From Bacillota bacterium (GTDB lineage Bacteria; Bacillota; Clostridia; Clostridiales; Clostridiaceae), in the NCBI GenBank assembly GCA_023440105.1, contig JAEXSY010000067.1:1-33498 (forward strand): a DNA stretch of 33,498 nt, given 5' to 3'. Positions 9,121-18,512 of the stretch are shown here, one piece after another (within the stretch, counting starts at the first letter, position 1; each line of letters starts with the position of its first letter). Under the pieces are notes generated by a model. That model saw only the letters and a list, made by a program, of their open reading frames with translations. It was not told the origin of the DNA and searched no databases. The position numbers and the translations under genes were made by a program.

Positions 9121-9822
9121 TTACCTGAATAAAGTACTGCTAAAGTTCATAAAGCCATGGACTATAGTTCCAGTAAAAATAGAGTTGTACTTTTTATATA
9201 AGAAATTAAAAAACACATGCCAGCCTACAAGTGTTATGAGCCACAGAGTATTCTCTGAAAAGAATTGAGAAAGGCTCATGTTTACATGACTCATCTGAAA
9301 GGGGATATGCATAAGTGAGAACATAACGCCTGTAATGATAATAGCTAAAAAGTTATTTTTTATTATTCCGTATAACCTTGTTTGAATAAAGCCTCTAAAT
9401 ATAAGTTCTTCCACAAAACCAATTACTGTAAAGAAATAAAATATATTATATAAAAGCATATCTGCTGAAATTAATTCTCTCTCAGAAAACAAAGCAGGTA
9501 TAATACCATTAAATACAAGAAAAAGAATCCCAAGGAAGCTGCCTAAAATTATTGAGCTTTTCAGCTTATACTTAGTAATTCCAAGTGATGATAGCTTTTG
9601 TTTCCTTAAAAGAACTATTAAAATGCATATTAACGCACATAACAAATTGATAGGTATCCCTAAATATATCTGCTTGTTCAAATATAACCTTCCCATGAAG
9701 AAATATAAAATCATTAGGATCACATAATAGACAATAGCAAGTATTCCATCAATCCTTGTATAATTCCTTACCTCTTCTTTATAATGGTAGTCCACACTAA
9801 AAAAACTTCTGATTTTCCCCAT
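9121..9822 (-). CDS. CPBP (CAAX protease/Abi) family intramembrane metalloprotease
   Basis: EELIFRG, FSLMH and HGFMN motifs in a multi-TM protein. Confidence 0.92.
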   Translation of the reverse strand: MGKIRSFFSVDYHYKEEVRNYTRIDGILAIVYYVILMILYFFMGRLYLNKQIYLGIPINLLCALICILIVLLRKQKLSSLGITKYKLKSSIILGSFLGILFLVFNGIIPALFSERELISADMLLYNIFYFFTVIGFVEELIFRGFIQTRLYGIIKNNFLAIIITGVMFSLMHIPFQMSHVNMSLSQFFSENTLWLITLVGWHVFFNFLYKKYNSIFTGTIVHGFMNFSSTLFR

Positions 9823-9915
9823 AAATCCTTCCCCCCATCACATAACAATATGTAAATTAATTATATAACTTCATATTTTTTCCCATCAAGTCTATTATCA
9901 TTAATTATTTACAAT

Positions 9916-9949
9916 TTAAAAAAGGGCAGTTACAAAATAACTGCGCCTT
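9916..9949 (-). terminator. Terminator after the CDF transporter
   Basis: GCAGTTA/TAACTGC stem followed by a T run on the minus strand, directly after the stop codon. Confidence 0.7.
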
Positions 9950-10832
9950 AATGGTGATGGTGTCCACTCTTATGCTCGAAGTCCACATGACAATCTTCTT
10001 CATGGCAATGTTCACCGCTAGCTTCAAGTTCCAGTGTGACGTGAACAATCCCATGCTCTTTCAGTTTTTCTCTTACCTTCTCCTTGATTTCATGACAATC
10101 CGCATCTGTGACTATATGCATGGTAGCATAGTTATTGCGTCCATCCATGTTCCATATGTGGATGTGGTGAACATCTTGAACCCCTTCAATTTCACAGATG
10201 TGTCCTTTAATTTCTTTCATATTGATGCCACGAGGAACCTTCTCAAGGAACAGATCGAGGACTTCTTTCAAGTTCTTTACAGCATTGACCAAAATAAACA
10301 GTGCAACACATATAGACATAATTGGATCAAGAATAGAGATGTCCGTGAACCTCATAATGATTGCACCGAGCAATACAACTACCCAGCCAAGTACATCTTC
10401 CAGCATATGAAGATTGACAGCTTTTTGATTGAGAGAATCTCCTTCTTTGGTAAGCCATGCAGCACCAAAATTAACAACTGCACCAACTACAGCAAATAGT
10501 ATCATGCCATTATAATTGATCTCCACGGGATTAAAAATACGCTCTATGGAATTGTAAATAACCGTTACAGAACCGAACAGCAGAATAAAGGTGGTGATTA
10601 CGCTACCAACGACAGAATAACGAGAATAACCATAGGTATAGGTTTCATCGGGCTGCTTCTTGCTCTTGCGTTCCAGAAAATAAGATATCCCAATACTTGC
10701 CGCATCTCCAATGTCATGGACTGCATCAGAAATGATGGCAACACTGCCAGTAATAGAACCGCCGATGAACTCAAAAATCGAAAAGGATAAATTTAAGATA
10801 AATGCAATTAAAATATTTTTTTCTGTTTTCAT
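9948..10832 (-). CDS. czcD: Cation diffusion facilitator (Zn/Co/Cd efflux, CzcD-like)
   Basis: SVAIISDAVHDIGD, YTYGYSR, LHMLEDVLG, VHHIHIW, His-rich C-terminus. Confidence 0.92.
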   Translation of the reverse strand: MKTEKNILIAFILNLSFSIFEFIGGSITGSVAIISDAVHDIGDAASIGISYFLERKSKKQPDETYTYGYSRYSVVGSVITTFILLFGSVTVIYNSIERIFNPVEINYNGMILFAVVGAVVNFGAAWLTKEGDSLNQKAVNLHMLEDVLGWVVVLLGAIIMRFTDISILDPIMSICVALFILVNAVKNLKEVLDLFLEKVPRGINMKEIKGHICEIEGVQDVHHIHIWNMDGRNNYATMHIVTDADCHEIKEKVREKLKEHGIVHVTLELEASGEHCHEEDCHVDFEHKSGHHHH

Positions 10833-10843
10833 GTTAATACTCC

Positions 10844-10945
10844 TTAATGTTTATGCTTGATATTCGTCATAGTGACTGAGAAAATATCAGCCACTCCAAT
10901 AAAAATATCCTCATCAGGCATTTGGAATAGAGTTTCTTCTACTGT
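10844..10945 (-). pseudogene. Relic of an ArsR/SmtB (CadC-like) repressor gene
   Basis: Open frame TVEETLFQMPDEDIFIGVADIFSVTMTNIKHKH*. MPDED...VADIF resembles the start of helix 1 of SmtB/CadC-type repressors; the HTH is absent. Confidence 0.55.
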
Positions 10946-10949
10946 TTAT

Positions 10950-10979
10950 ATCATAGTTGAATAAATACTCAACTATCAA
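10950..10979 (-). promoter_or_regulatory. Promoter with overlapping ArsR/SmtB-type operator
   Basis: TTGATA-N18-TATGAT overlapped by an 11-2-11 inverted repeat ATAGTTGAATA-AA-TACTCAACTAT (10953-10976, one mismatch). Confidence 0.75.
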
Positions 10980-11010
10980 GTGGCATTTAAATAATTAGCG
11001 TTTTTTAAAA

Positions 11011-12300
11011 TTATGGTATAAGCCTCTTTCTATCCCTAGTTATAAGCGTAGCTTCTCTCACATTTTCTAGTCCTAAAATTTTTGCAGTGAGCCTTTCTAG
11101 GCCAATGGCTAAGCCTCCGTGCTTAGGCATTCCATATTTAAATAACTCTAGATAGCTTTCATAGTTTTCTGGATTGAGGCCTTTATAGCGCATGTTTTCT
11201 ACCAGCATTTTATAGTCATGTATCCTCTGTCCTCCCGTGGTAATCTCAATTCCCTTAAACAATAAGTCAAAGCTGTGAGTTCCCTCTTCTCCATAAGGCA
11301 TTGTATACATTGGCCTCTTCCTTCTTGGATAATTAATCAAAAAGAGAAAATCACTATTAAGCTCTTCTTTTGCATATTTGTGTAAAAGCCTTTCTCCCTC
11401 TGGGTCTAGATCACCATCTAGGTCCTCTTTATTATAATTTTCCTTCAGTATATTAATTGCTTCCTGGAAGTTAAGCTTTGGTATCTCACCCTCTATCACT
11501 GGCAGCTCTACCTGAAGTAGCTCTAAATATTCATAAGCCTTAGCCTTCAGCTCTTCTAATATGAATTTTAATAATCTCTCCTCCAGCTCCATGACATCAT
11601 ATTCATTTTCAATAAAGCCCATTTCTAAGTCCAAGCTTACATATTCATTGAGATGTCTATTGGTATTATGCTCCTCTGCCCTATAAGCATGACCTACCTC
11701 ATATACTCTTTCGAAGCCTGCTCCCACCATCATCTGCTTATAAAACTGAGGGCTTTGAGCAAGGTATGCCTTATTCTCAAAGTATTTCACTTCAAAAACC
11801 TCAGTACCTCCCTCTGCTCCTTCCTTCACTATCTTAGGAGTACGGATTTCAGTAAAGCCTTCACTATTCAAAAAAGCTTTAAAGGAATCCACTATAATGT
11901 TCTGTACCTTGAATATACTGCTTACTTTAGGATGGCGAAGGCTAAGCACCCTATTATTAAGCATTGTATCTAAATTTAACTCTAAGCTTTCCTTATTTAT
12001 CTCTATGGGAAGCTCCTCTTTAACCTTATTTATAATCTCAAGGCTCTCCACCTGTACCTCAAATGGGTTTAATTTATTGTTACTTTGCACAACATTTCCC
12101 TCAATTGAAACAACGGACTCTAAGGTTATTTCTGATAAATTGGACTCACTATTATCTACTATACATTGGACAAGTCCTGATCTATCCCTGAGGATTAAAA
12201 AGGTTATACTCTTTAATTTCCTGACCCTGTGAACCCAGCCTTTAATACATACTCTTTCGTTTATTGCTTCCTTTAACTCACTTACTAGCTTCCTTTCCAT
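11011..12300 (-). CDS. aspS: Short archaeal-type, probably non-discriminating aspartyl-tRNA synthetase
   Basis: 429 aa; OB fold GWVHRVR...FLILRDRSG, AYLAQSPQFYKQ, YRAEEHNTNRHLNEY, EITTGGQR, PKHGGLAIGLERL; no GAD insertion. Confidence 0.95.
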   Translation of the reverse strand: MERKLVSELKEAINERVCIKGWVHRVRKLKSITFLILRDRSGLVQCIVDNSESNLSEITLESVVSIEGNVVQSNNKLNPFEVQVESLEIINKVKEELPIEINKESLELNLDTMLNNRVLSLRHPKVSSIFKVQNIIVDSFKAFLNSEGFTEIRTPKIVKEGAEGGTEVFEVKYFENKAYLAQSPQFYKQMMVGAGFERVYEVGHAYRAEEHNTNRHLNEYVSLDLEMGFIENEYDVMELEERLLKFILEELKAKAYEYLELLQVELPVIEGEIPKLNFQEAINILKENYNKEDLDGDLDPEGERLLHKYAKEELNSDFLFLINYPRRKRPMYTMPYGEEGTHSFDLLFKGIEITTGGQRIHDYKMLVENMRYKGLNPENYESYLELFKYGMPKHGGLAIGLERLTAKILGLENVREATLITRDRKRLIP

Positions 12301-12322
12301 ATAATAATTCCTCCTTAAAATT

Positions 12323-12700
12323 AATAAACCCCTTGAGTATAAAACCCAAGGGGCAAAAACATTCGCGGTACCACCCTTTTTAATAATGTTTATTAAACCA
12401 AGATCTATATCGTATAAAACACCTCTTTTAATGCCCGAGGAATTATAGTTTCCTAGGTATTAAAAAAGCACCCACTCCCAATAGGAGTGAATGCTGTATT
12501 CACGGTACCATCCTAATCCAACAATGTATTAATACATTATTATCTCTAAGCCCTATAACGGGGGAAGCCGTCCTATCCTACTATATTTCAGATAAGCCTC
12601 TCAGGAATGTCCTTCAATATTACCTTTCTCATAGGCTTCCACCAACCCTACTCGCTTTGGATACTAGGTAGATATCTACTCTTTCCTTCATTGAATTTAC
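12323..12700 (-). ncRNA. T-box riboswitch leader of aspS with a duplicated antiterminator/terminator
   Basis: Stem I with AGUA, GGUGGAA and specifier loop GAAG-GAC-A (GAC at 12611-12609). T-box 1 AGGAUGGUACCGUG (within 12501-12517) with terminator 12462-12495. T-box 2 AAGGGUGGUACCGCG (within 12364-12380) with terminator 12323-12354. Confidence 0.93.
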
Positions 12701-12708
12701 TTACATAT

Positions 12709-12737
12709 ATTCTATTCACATACAATATAATTGTCAA
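12709..12737 (-). promoter_or_regulatory. sigmaA promoter of the T-box/aspS transcript
   Basis: TTGACA-N17-TAGAAT just upstream of stem I. Confidence 0.85.
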
Positions 12738-12779
12738 CTAAAATTTTGGGGATTTTGATAACACCACAGAAGTTTCTCA

Positions 12780-14588
12780 TTAAAGCTCATTAAAACTACT
12801 TTTAGAATCTGAAGGTATAGATATAATTATCCTTGTCCCAACATTAACCTTGCTTTTTATTTCAATCCCGTAGTCTTCTCCAAAGCTGAGCTTTATTCTC
12901 TGGTTAACATTTTTTATTCCAATATGGTTTTCTTCCTTTATGTACTCTGTCTGAAGCTCATTGTTGATTGAGTTACTTCTTTCTTCTTCCATGCCTGCAC
13001 CATTATCATTTATTTCTATAATAACTTTATCCTCTGAAAGAAATGAACTTATTGTTAAAGTGCATTTTTTATTAGTTGGCTTAATTCCATGATATATTGC
13101 ATTTTCTACAATTGGCTGCAGAGTTATTTTTGGAAGCATTGCTTCTAAGGTTCGTTCTTCAATATTGTACGCAACTTGAAACTTGTCTTCATATCTTACC
13201 TTTTGTATTTCCAAATATATTCTTACATGTTCAAGCTCATTACTTAAAGTATTCATGTAATCCTTTGTATTAAGCCCTATTCTCAAAAGCTTTGAGAGAT
13301 TTGAAATCATATAGCTTCCTTGGTTTTCTCCATTTGTAAACTCCATGACCTTCCACCTTATATTCTCTAAGGTATTGAAGAGAAAATGAGAATTAATTTG
13401 TGACTGAAGCGCTATGGATCTAGCTTTATTTAGAAGTCTCATTCTACTATTGAGCTCCTCCTTAAGATATTGAACATCACTTATGGAGCTTTCTAAACCT
13501 CTAGATATCATTTTTAACTCATTTATCTTTGACTTACTGTAAATATTATTATCGACGTAATTTTTCCTCTCTAATATGCTAAATATCTCTTCTATTGGAG
13601 TGAATAGCTTCACAGCTATAAGAAATGAAATGATAAGAACCAAGCTTATGCTAAAAATTAAGAATCCAATCATTATATCTCTGATTCTATTTACATTTAA
13701 TTTGTTATCATTGGTACTTACAAAAGATATAAAATTCCAGTCATTATAATCGGATTCAATATTATTTATAAAATACTCTCTTCCCTCTACTGTTATTGTC
13801 CTTCCTTTGCCTAAGCTTGACAAATCCACTTCTTGTAGTGATTTTACACTGTTAACATTCTTATTTAATAGGTTCCTATCATTGTTAAATACTATTGAAT
13901 TATTATTCAATATATAGAAATCTTCAATAATAACATCCTTATTTTGATTTATAAGCTTATTAATTTTATCAATATCAATACTAACAACAACTACTCCGAT
14001 TTTCTTACTGGAGTATATAGGTATAGCTCTAAAAAAGGATATGGTGTTCTTTTCAGGAATAACAGATATCCAATGACTTTTAGAGGAGTTTTTATAAAAT
14101 TCCTTTTCAATAGTATCACTGTACTTCCAGTCTATATAGGCTGTATTACTTGTAACGATTTTATAATTACTTTTTTCAGAGTAAATACAAATAGAGTTAA
14201 TAAAATCTCCATAATATACATAAGTATTTATCACCTTTTCTACGGTATTTATACTTTTAAGCATATCCGATTCTTTTCCATGATAGTTGTTACTATTGAA
14301 TCTTAATATATTTTCTACGTCCAAATCCGTAGAAAGACTTAAAAGAGCTGTTTCAACCTGTCTAATTATCATGTCAATGCTATCTTTTGTTCTAGACAAG
14401 GCAGCTTGATTCGCACTCATCAGCTGATCCTTATAGATGTTGTTTAAATGATTAAAAGCAATAAATATAGCTAAAAATAACGGAAGAGTTATAAAGAGAT
14501 TAATAGTTATAAAATACTTCACTAAAATACTATTAAATCTATATTCCTTTATATATTTCCATATACTTAAGCTTTTACTTTTCCTCAT
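12780..14588 (-). CDS. YesM-type sensor histidine kinase
   Basis: Two TM segments flanking a Cache-like domain; LQSQINSHFLFNTLENI, ELEHVRIYLEIQKVRY, LQPIVENAIYHG, DNGAG, HIGIKNVNQRI. Confidence 0.93.
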   Translation of the reverse strand: MRKSKSLSIWKYIKEYRFNSILVKYFITINLFITLPLFLAIFIAFNHLNNIYKDQLMSANQAALSRTKDSIDMIIRQVETALLSLSTDLDVENILRFNSNNYHGKESDMLKSINTVEKVINTYVYYGDFINSICIYSEKSNYKIVTSNTAYIDWKYSDTIEKEFYKNSSKSHWISVIPEKNTISFFRAIPIYSSKKIGVVVVSIDIDKINKLINQNKDVIIEDFYILNNNSIVFNNDRNLLNKNVNSVKSLQEVDLSSLGKGRTITVEGREYFINNIESDYNDWNFISFVSTNDNKLNVNRIRDIMIGFLIFSISLVLIISFLIAVKLFTPIEEIFSILERKNYVDNNIYSKSKINELKMISRGLESSISDVQYLKEELNSRMRLLNKARSIALQSQINSHFLFNTLENIRWKVMEFTNGENQGSYMISNLSKLLRIGLNTKDYMNTLSNELEHVRIYLEIQKVRYEDKFQVAYNIEERTLEAMLPKITLQPIVENAIYHGIKPTNKKCTLTISSFLSEDKVIIEINDNGAGMEEERSNSINNELQTEYIKEENHIGIKNVNQRIKLSFGEDYGIEIKSKVNVGTRIIISIPSDSKSSFNEL

Positions 14589-14611
14589 AATAACACCTAT
14601 TTATCTTCTCT

Positions 14612-15712
14612 TCACTTATTGGATTTATTATTAATGAACAATGACCTATACTTATTTGGGGTATAACCGGTATAGTTTTTAAATATCTTATAAAAGTATT
14701 TGAGGTTTTTATAGCCTACAAGTTCGGATATTTCATAGACCTTCAAGCTTCTATTGCACAGCAGCTCCTTAGACCTTTCTATTCTTATTTGAGTAACATA
14801 ATCAATAAAATTAATACCCATCTCTTTCTTATAAATCTTACTTAGGTAAACAGGGCTCAGGAACACTATTTCAGAAACCTTCTCCAAAGTTAAATCATAC
14901 ATATAGTTTTCTTCAATATATTTATTTGCTTTTTTTATAACCAATCTATAATTGCTATTATTATTTTCTTCAATTCCATTAATGGCTGAATTCATCCATT
15001 GTTCCCAAAACTCAAGTGCACTATTATAACTTTCAGCATCACTAATTTTTCTTATTGAAACTTTTAATTCTTCCTTAATGGGCAACCCTGTATAAGATCC
15101 AATTATTCTATCTAATAAAAGTACTAGAGTATTCTCTAAAAACTTAAGACCTGAATTAAAAGGTAATTTAATTATTTTAGTGGATATATCATTAAAAATA
15201 CTGGTTATAGCAGCCTTATCAAAAGTTATGAAAGCTTCTACCAAATAATACTGCAGATCTATAAGCACCCTAAAGTCCTCTTGGGCCTCTATTGTCTTTA
15301 TCTTATCCTGCTGTATTTTTTCATTCATATTTTTAAAACTATCAAGGTCACTTTTTATCTTGCTAAATTTTTCTTTAATTTCTTCAATCTCAATAGGCTT
15401 AACTATATAAAAAGTAACGTTGTACTCTAAAGCTTTTTTAGCATATTCAAACTCCTGGAATCCACTCATTAAAACTACTTTTATTCTTGGAGAATTTTCA
15501 CATACATATTTAGCCACCTCTAGACCAGACTTTCTATTCATCCTAATATCACAAAGGACTACATCTACAGATATAGCATTTATGTAATCTATTACATCCT
15601 CTCCATCTTCACACTTCATTACAACCTTGAAGCCTAACTCTTCCCAGTCTATAAATCTGTTTAACCCTTCTCTTATATTCTTTTCATCATCTGCTATAAG
15701 TAAATTGTACAC
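14612..15712 (-). CDS. YesN-type response regulator (receiver plus AraC HTH)
   Basis: LIADDE, CDIRM, EFEYAKKAL; C-terminal LSPVYLSKIYKKEMG...VGYKNLKYFYKIFKNYTGYTP. Likely start is GTG at 15712. Confidence 0.93.
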   Translation of the reverse strand: MYNLLIADDEKNIREGLNRFIDWEELGFKVVMKCEDGEDVIDYINAISVDVVLCDIRMNRKSGLEVAKYVCENSPRIKVVLMSGFQEFEYAKKALEYNVTFYIVKPIEIEEIKEKFSKIKSDLDSFKNMNEKIQQDKIKTIEAQEDFRVLIDLQYYLVEAFITFDKAAITSIFNDISTKIIKLPFNSGLKFLENTLVLLLDRIIGSYTGLPIKEELKVSIRKISDAESYNSALEFWEQWMNSAINGIEENNNSNYRLVIKKANKYIEENYMYDLTLEKVSEIVFLSPVYLSKIYKKEMGINFIDYVTQIRIERSKELLCNRSLKVYEISELVGYKNLKYFYKIFKNYTGYTPNKYRSLFINNKSNK

Positions 15713-15832
15713 TCCTATCACCACCAACAATGTAACAAATTTTATTAAGCTTAGTCGTTAAGGTAATTTTATACTATTATACATAAAAATACAAAGCCTC
15801 CTAAAACTAATATCTTAAATATCTGTATATTA

Positions 15833-15860
15833 TTAAAGGCTATCTTTCGATAGCCATTTT
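15833..15860 (-). terminator. Probable terminator after the oxidoreductase
   Basis: GGCTATC-GAAA-GATAGCC-TTTAAT on the minus strand. Confidence 0.65.
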
Positions 15861-17624
15861 TTAATATACCCTTATCTCATAAATACAAATATTCTTATCT
15901 CCCCAGGTGCTTAAAGGTTTTACTCGTATTCTGTTACAGCTAATCCCCTGAAGCGGAGTGATGCTTAGTCTTCTGTGATTATCTCTAACGCTTTTTTTCT
16001 CTACTAATTCTTCTCCATTATAAAACTCAAGGTCATAATCTCTTACTATTTCCTTTGGAGTACCTTCCTGCTGGCGATCTCTAACACTATGAGTTAATGA
16101 GATCATTATTTCCTTTGAAAGATTAGAATTAAACTTCAATATCAGTTCCTTAGGAGAAATACTATTATCAAAGGTAAGGTCAATCCATGGATTATTATCA
16201 CCATCTTCTGCAATCCATGCATTTGTTTGCTCTTTAATCGTTCTTGAGTATCCATTTATAATGTTCTTAGGCTCATAACTTTTAAGGAAGCTGGAAGCAC
16301 TAATCTTTGCTGATAATGCTAAATCCTCTTTATCTTCATTTTTAAAGCCTGGTATATAACAGTCTGCCTTCATTAGCCTCTGTTGAAGCTCATGTATATG
16401 ATTATTAAGCTCTCTTGGCAAAAGCTTTTTACTTGCACACATAGCAGCAGCAGTACCAGCAGCCTGTCCGATAACCGCGCAGGTTGCCATAACTCTTGTA
16501 GAACCAAAGGCCATATGGGAAGCACTTATATCTCTACCGGCTACCATGAGGTTCCTTATATTTTTTGAGTATATGGACCTATATGGTATTGTATATAAAT
16601 CATCCATCATAATAAAATCAGTTGGTTCCCTTCTTGTTCTAATGCCTCCCACCACATGCATATCCATAGGCCATCCACCGTATGCTATAGCATCATCAAA
16701 TATTTTTCCCTCAAATAAATCCTGTTCTTTTAATATATAGTCACCTACTACTCTTCTGCTTTCTCTCTTTCCTGGCAAAAAACCTACCCAGTCCAAAGCA
16801 AAGTTGTCTGCATAGTGATTTCCTGAGTTTTTTATGTGATCCCATACCCCATATACTGCCTTTAAAAGCTCATCTCTTATAACTTCTCCGTCCTGAATAA
16901 CATCCAGGTCATCTCCACCTATTTCAATCCACCAGTATCCGCTATTAATTTCATTATGCTGCCTGTAGGCCAGATCTTCCTCTTGATAAGTATTAGCCCA
17001 GTTTGGTTTTATAAACTCGACCTTTTTCCCCATATCTACAGCTGAAAAGAGCAGTGTATTACCCATGGTATGGTTATCTGATTTTTCAGGAGCAAACTTT
17101 TCTCCAAACTTATCTTTTCCTTCTCTTCCGCTCATGTATTCTGCACCTGATAAATAAGCTATAGTTCCATCCCCTGTAGCATCTATAAAGATTTCTCCAT
17201 TTAGCTTAAATATCTTTTCTGTTGTCAACTGTTCTCCTATAACACTTGATATTTTATCCTCACCCTTAATCAGTTCCGTAATATGGGTATTGAGATAAAG
17301 GTCGAGATTATCTTGAAATCTAGTTTTTTCCCATAGAATAGTATCTAGTATAGAGAAAGAGTTACTTTTATTTATTCTTTTATTGTCTAATAAAATTTCC
17401 TCTATTATTCCAGTCTCTCGTGCATTTTGTCTAAAGCCATGATAATCAGCACCACAAATGTGCATTCTAATTTCGGAGCTAGCATTTCCTCCTAAAACTG
17501 GTCTATTATTTATAAGAGCAGTCCTTTCTCCCTGTCTAGCACTTGCTACAGCAGCACATACTCCCGCCATACCTCCACCAATAATTACTACTTTATAATC
17601 CTTTACTACGACTTTTTTATTCAT
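15861..17624 (-). CDS. FAD-dependent oxidoreductase (FAD_oxidored-like) with a C-terminal galactose-binding-like domain
   Basis: IIGGGMAGVCAA, VLGGNASSE, FIDATGDG, GKRESRR, IPYRSIYSKNIRNLMVAGR, STRVMATC; tail SASS...IING...W...IYEIRVY resembles F5/8-type domains. Confidence 0.88.
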   Translation of the reverse strand: MNKKVVVKDYKVVIIGGGMAGVCAAVASARQGERTALINNRPVLGGNASSEIRMHICGADYHGFRQNARETGIIEEILLDNKRINKSNSFSILDTILWEKTRFQDNLDLYLNTHITELIKGEDKISSVIGEQLTTEKIFKLNGEIFIDATGDGTIAYLSGAEYMSGREGKDKFGEKFAPEKSDNHTMGNTLLFSAVDMGKKVEFIKPNWANTYQEEDLAYRQHNEINSGYWWIEIGGDDLDVIQDGEVIRDELLKAVYGVWDHIKNSGNHYADNFALDWVGFLPGKRESRRVVGDYILKEQDLFEGKIFDDAIAYGGWPMDMHVVGGIRTRREPTDFIMMDDLYTIPYRSIYSKNIRNLMVAGRDISASHMAFGSTRVMATCAVIGQAAGTAAAMCASKKLLPRELNNHIHELQQRLMKADCYIPGFKNEDKEDLALSAKISASSFLKSYEPKNIINGYSRTIKEQTNAWIAEDGDNNPWIDLTFDNSISPKELILKFNSNLSKEIMISLTHSVRDRQQEGTPKEIVRDYDLEFYNGEELVEKKSVRDNHRRLSITPLQGISCNRIRVKPLSTWGDKNICIYEIRVY

Positions 17625-17641
17625 CCTTTTACCTCACAAAT

Positions 17642-18496
17642 TTAGCCTTTTACAGAACCAGAAGTAATACCTTGAATAAAGTATCTCTGCAGAAATATAA
17701 ATATTAGAGCAACTGGTATAGATACAAATATAGAAGCAGCCATCATGTTTGACCAATTATTTTGAAACTCTCCCATATATGTAAGCGACAGCCCTGGAGC
17801 CAAAGTCCTTTTTGTTGCAGACGTAACAAGAGTTAAAGAATATAAAAGGTCATTCCAGCTCCAAACAAAACCGTAGATAGCCGTTGATATTACTCCAGGT
17901 ACTACTAATGGAAATATTATTTTATGCATAATGGTCATCCTAGATGCCCCATCTATATTTCCTGATTCTATTAAAGAATCTGGTATCTCATCAAAATAGG
18001 ACTTAAGTGTAAGAATCCCCATAGGCAAAGTAAATGTAACAAAGGATAATATTAACGAAATATAATTATCCAATAAATTAAGACTTCGCATTAATGTATA
18101 TATTGTAAGAAGGAGAACTGCAAAAGGAAACATTTGAGCAGTCATTATAAGCATAATAAAAGAGTTTCTCCCTCTATATCTAAACTTTGAAAAGCTGTAA
18201 CCTGCATAAGTACATAAAGCGGTGGTAATAAAAGAGCTTGAGAAAGATACCAACAAACTATTTCTAAGATATATTAGTATTCTCTTATCTGTTATTACCT
18301 GTTTGAAATTATCAAAGGTTATGCTCTTAGGAAAGAGGCTAGGATTAACATCAAAGGCCTCCTTTGCAGGCTTTAAGGCAGTTATTATTATCCAATACAA
18401 TGGTAGCAGTACAAATAATCCTACAATAACTAAGGAAATTATAAAGAAAATCTTAAATCCTTTACTTTTACTATCAAACAACTTATATTCTGGCAT
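17642..18496 (-). CDS. Carbohydrate ABC transporter permease (MalG-like)
   Basis: EIPDSLIESGNIDGAS loop, WSWNDL, QRYFIQGITSGSVKG. Confidence 0.94.
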   Translation of the reverse strand: MPEYKLFDSKSKGFKIFFIISLVIVGLFVLLPLYWIIITALKPAKEAFDVNPSLFPKSITFDNFKQVITDKRILIYLRNSLLVSFSSSFITTALCTYAGYSFSKFRYRGRNSFIMLIMTAQMFPFAVLLLTIYTLMRSLNLLDNYISLILSFVTFTLPMGILTLKSYFDEIPDSLIESGNIDGASRMTIMHKIIFPLVVPGVISTAIYGFVWSWNDLLYSLTLVTSATKRTLAPGLSLTYMGEFQNNWSNMMAASIFVSIPVALIFIFLQRYFIQGITSGSVKG

Positions 18497-18512
18497 AGTA
18501 GTTCCACATCCT

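Noticed and set aside
9121..9822. CAAX/Abi protease plus Bce module as a bacteriocin production cluster
   Set aside because: No precursor peptide, modifying enzyme or peptidase-containing exporter; the gene is convergent and separately terminated.
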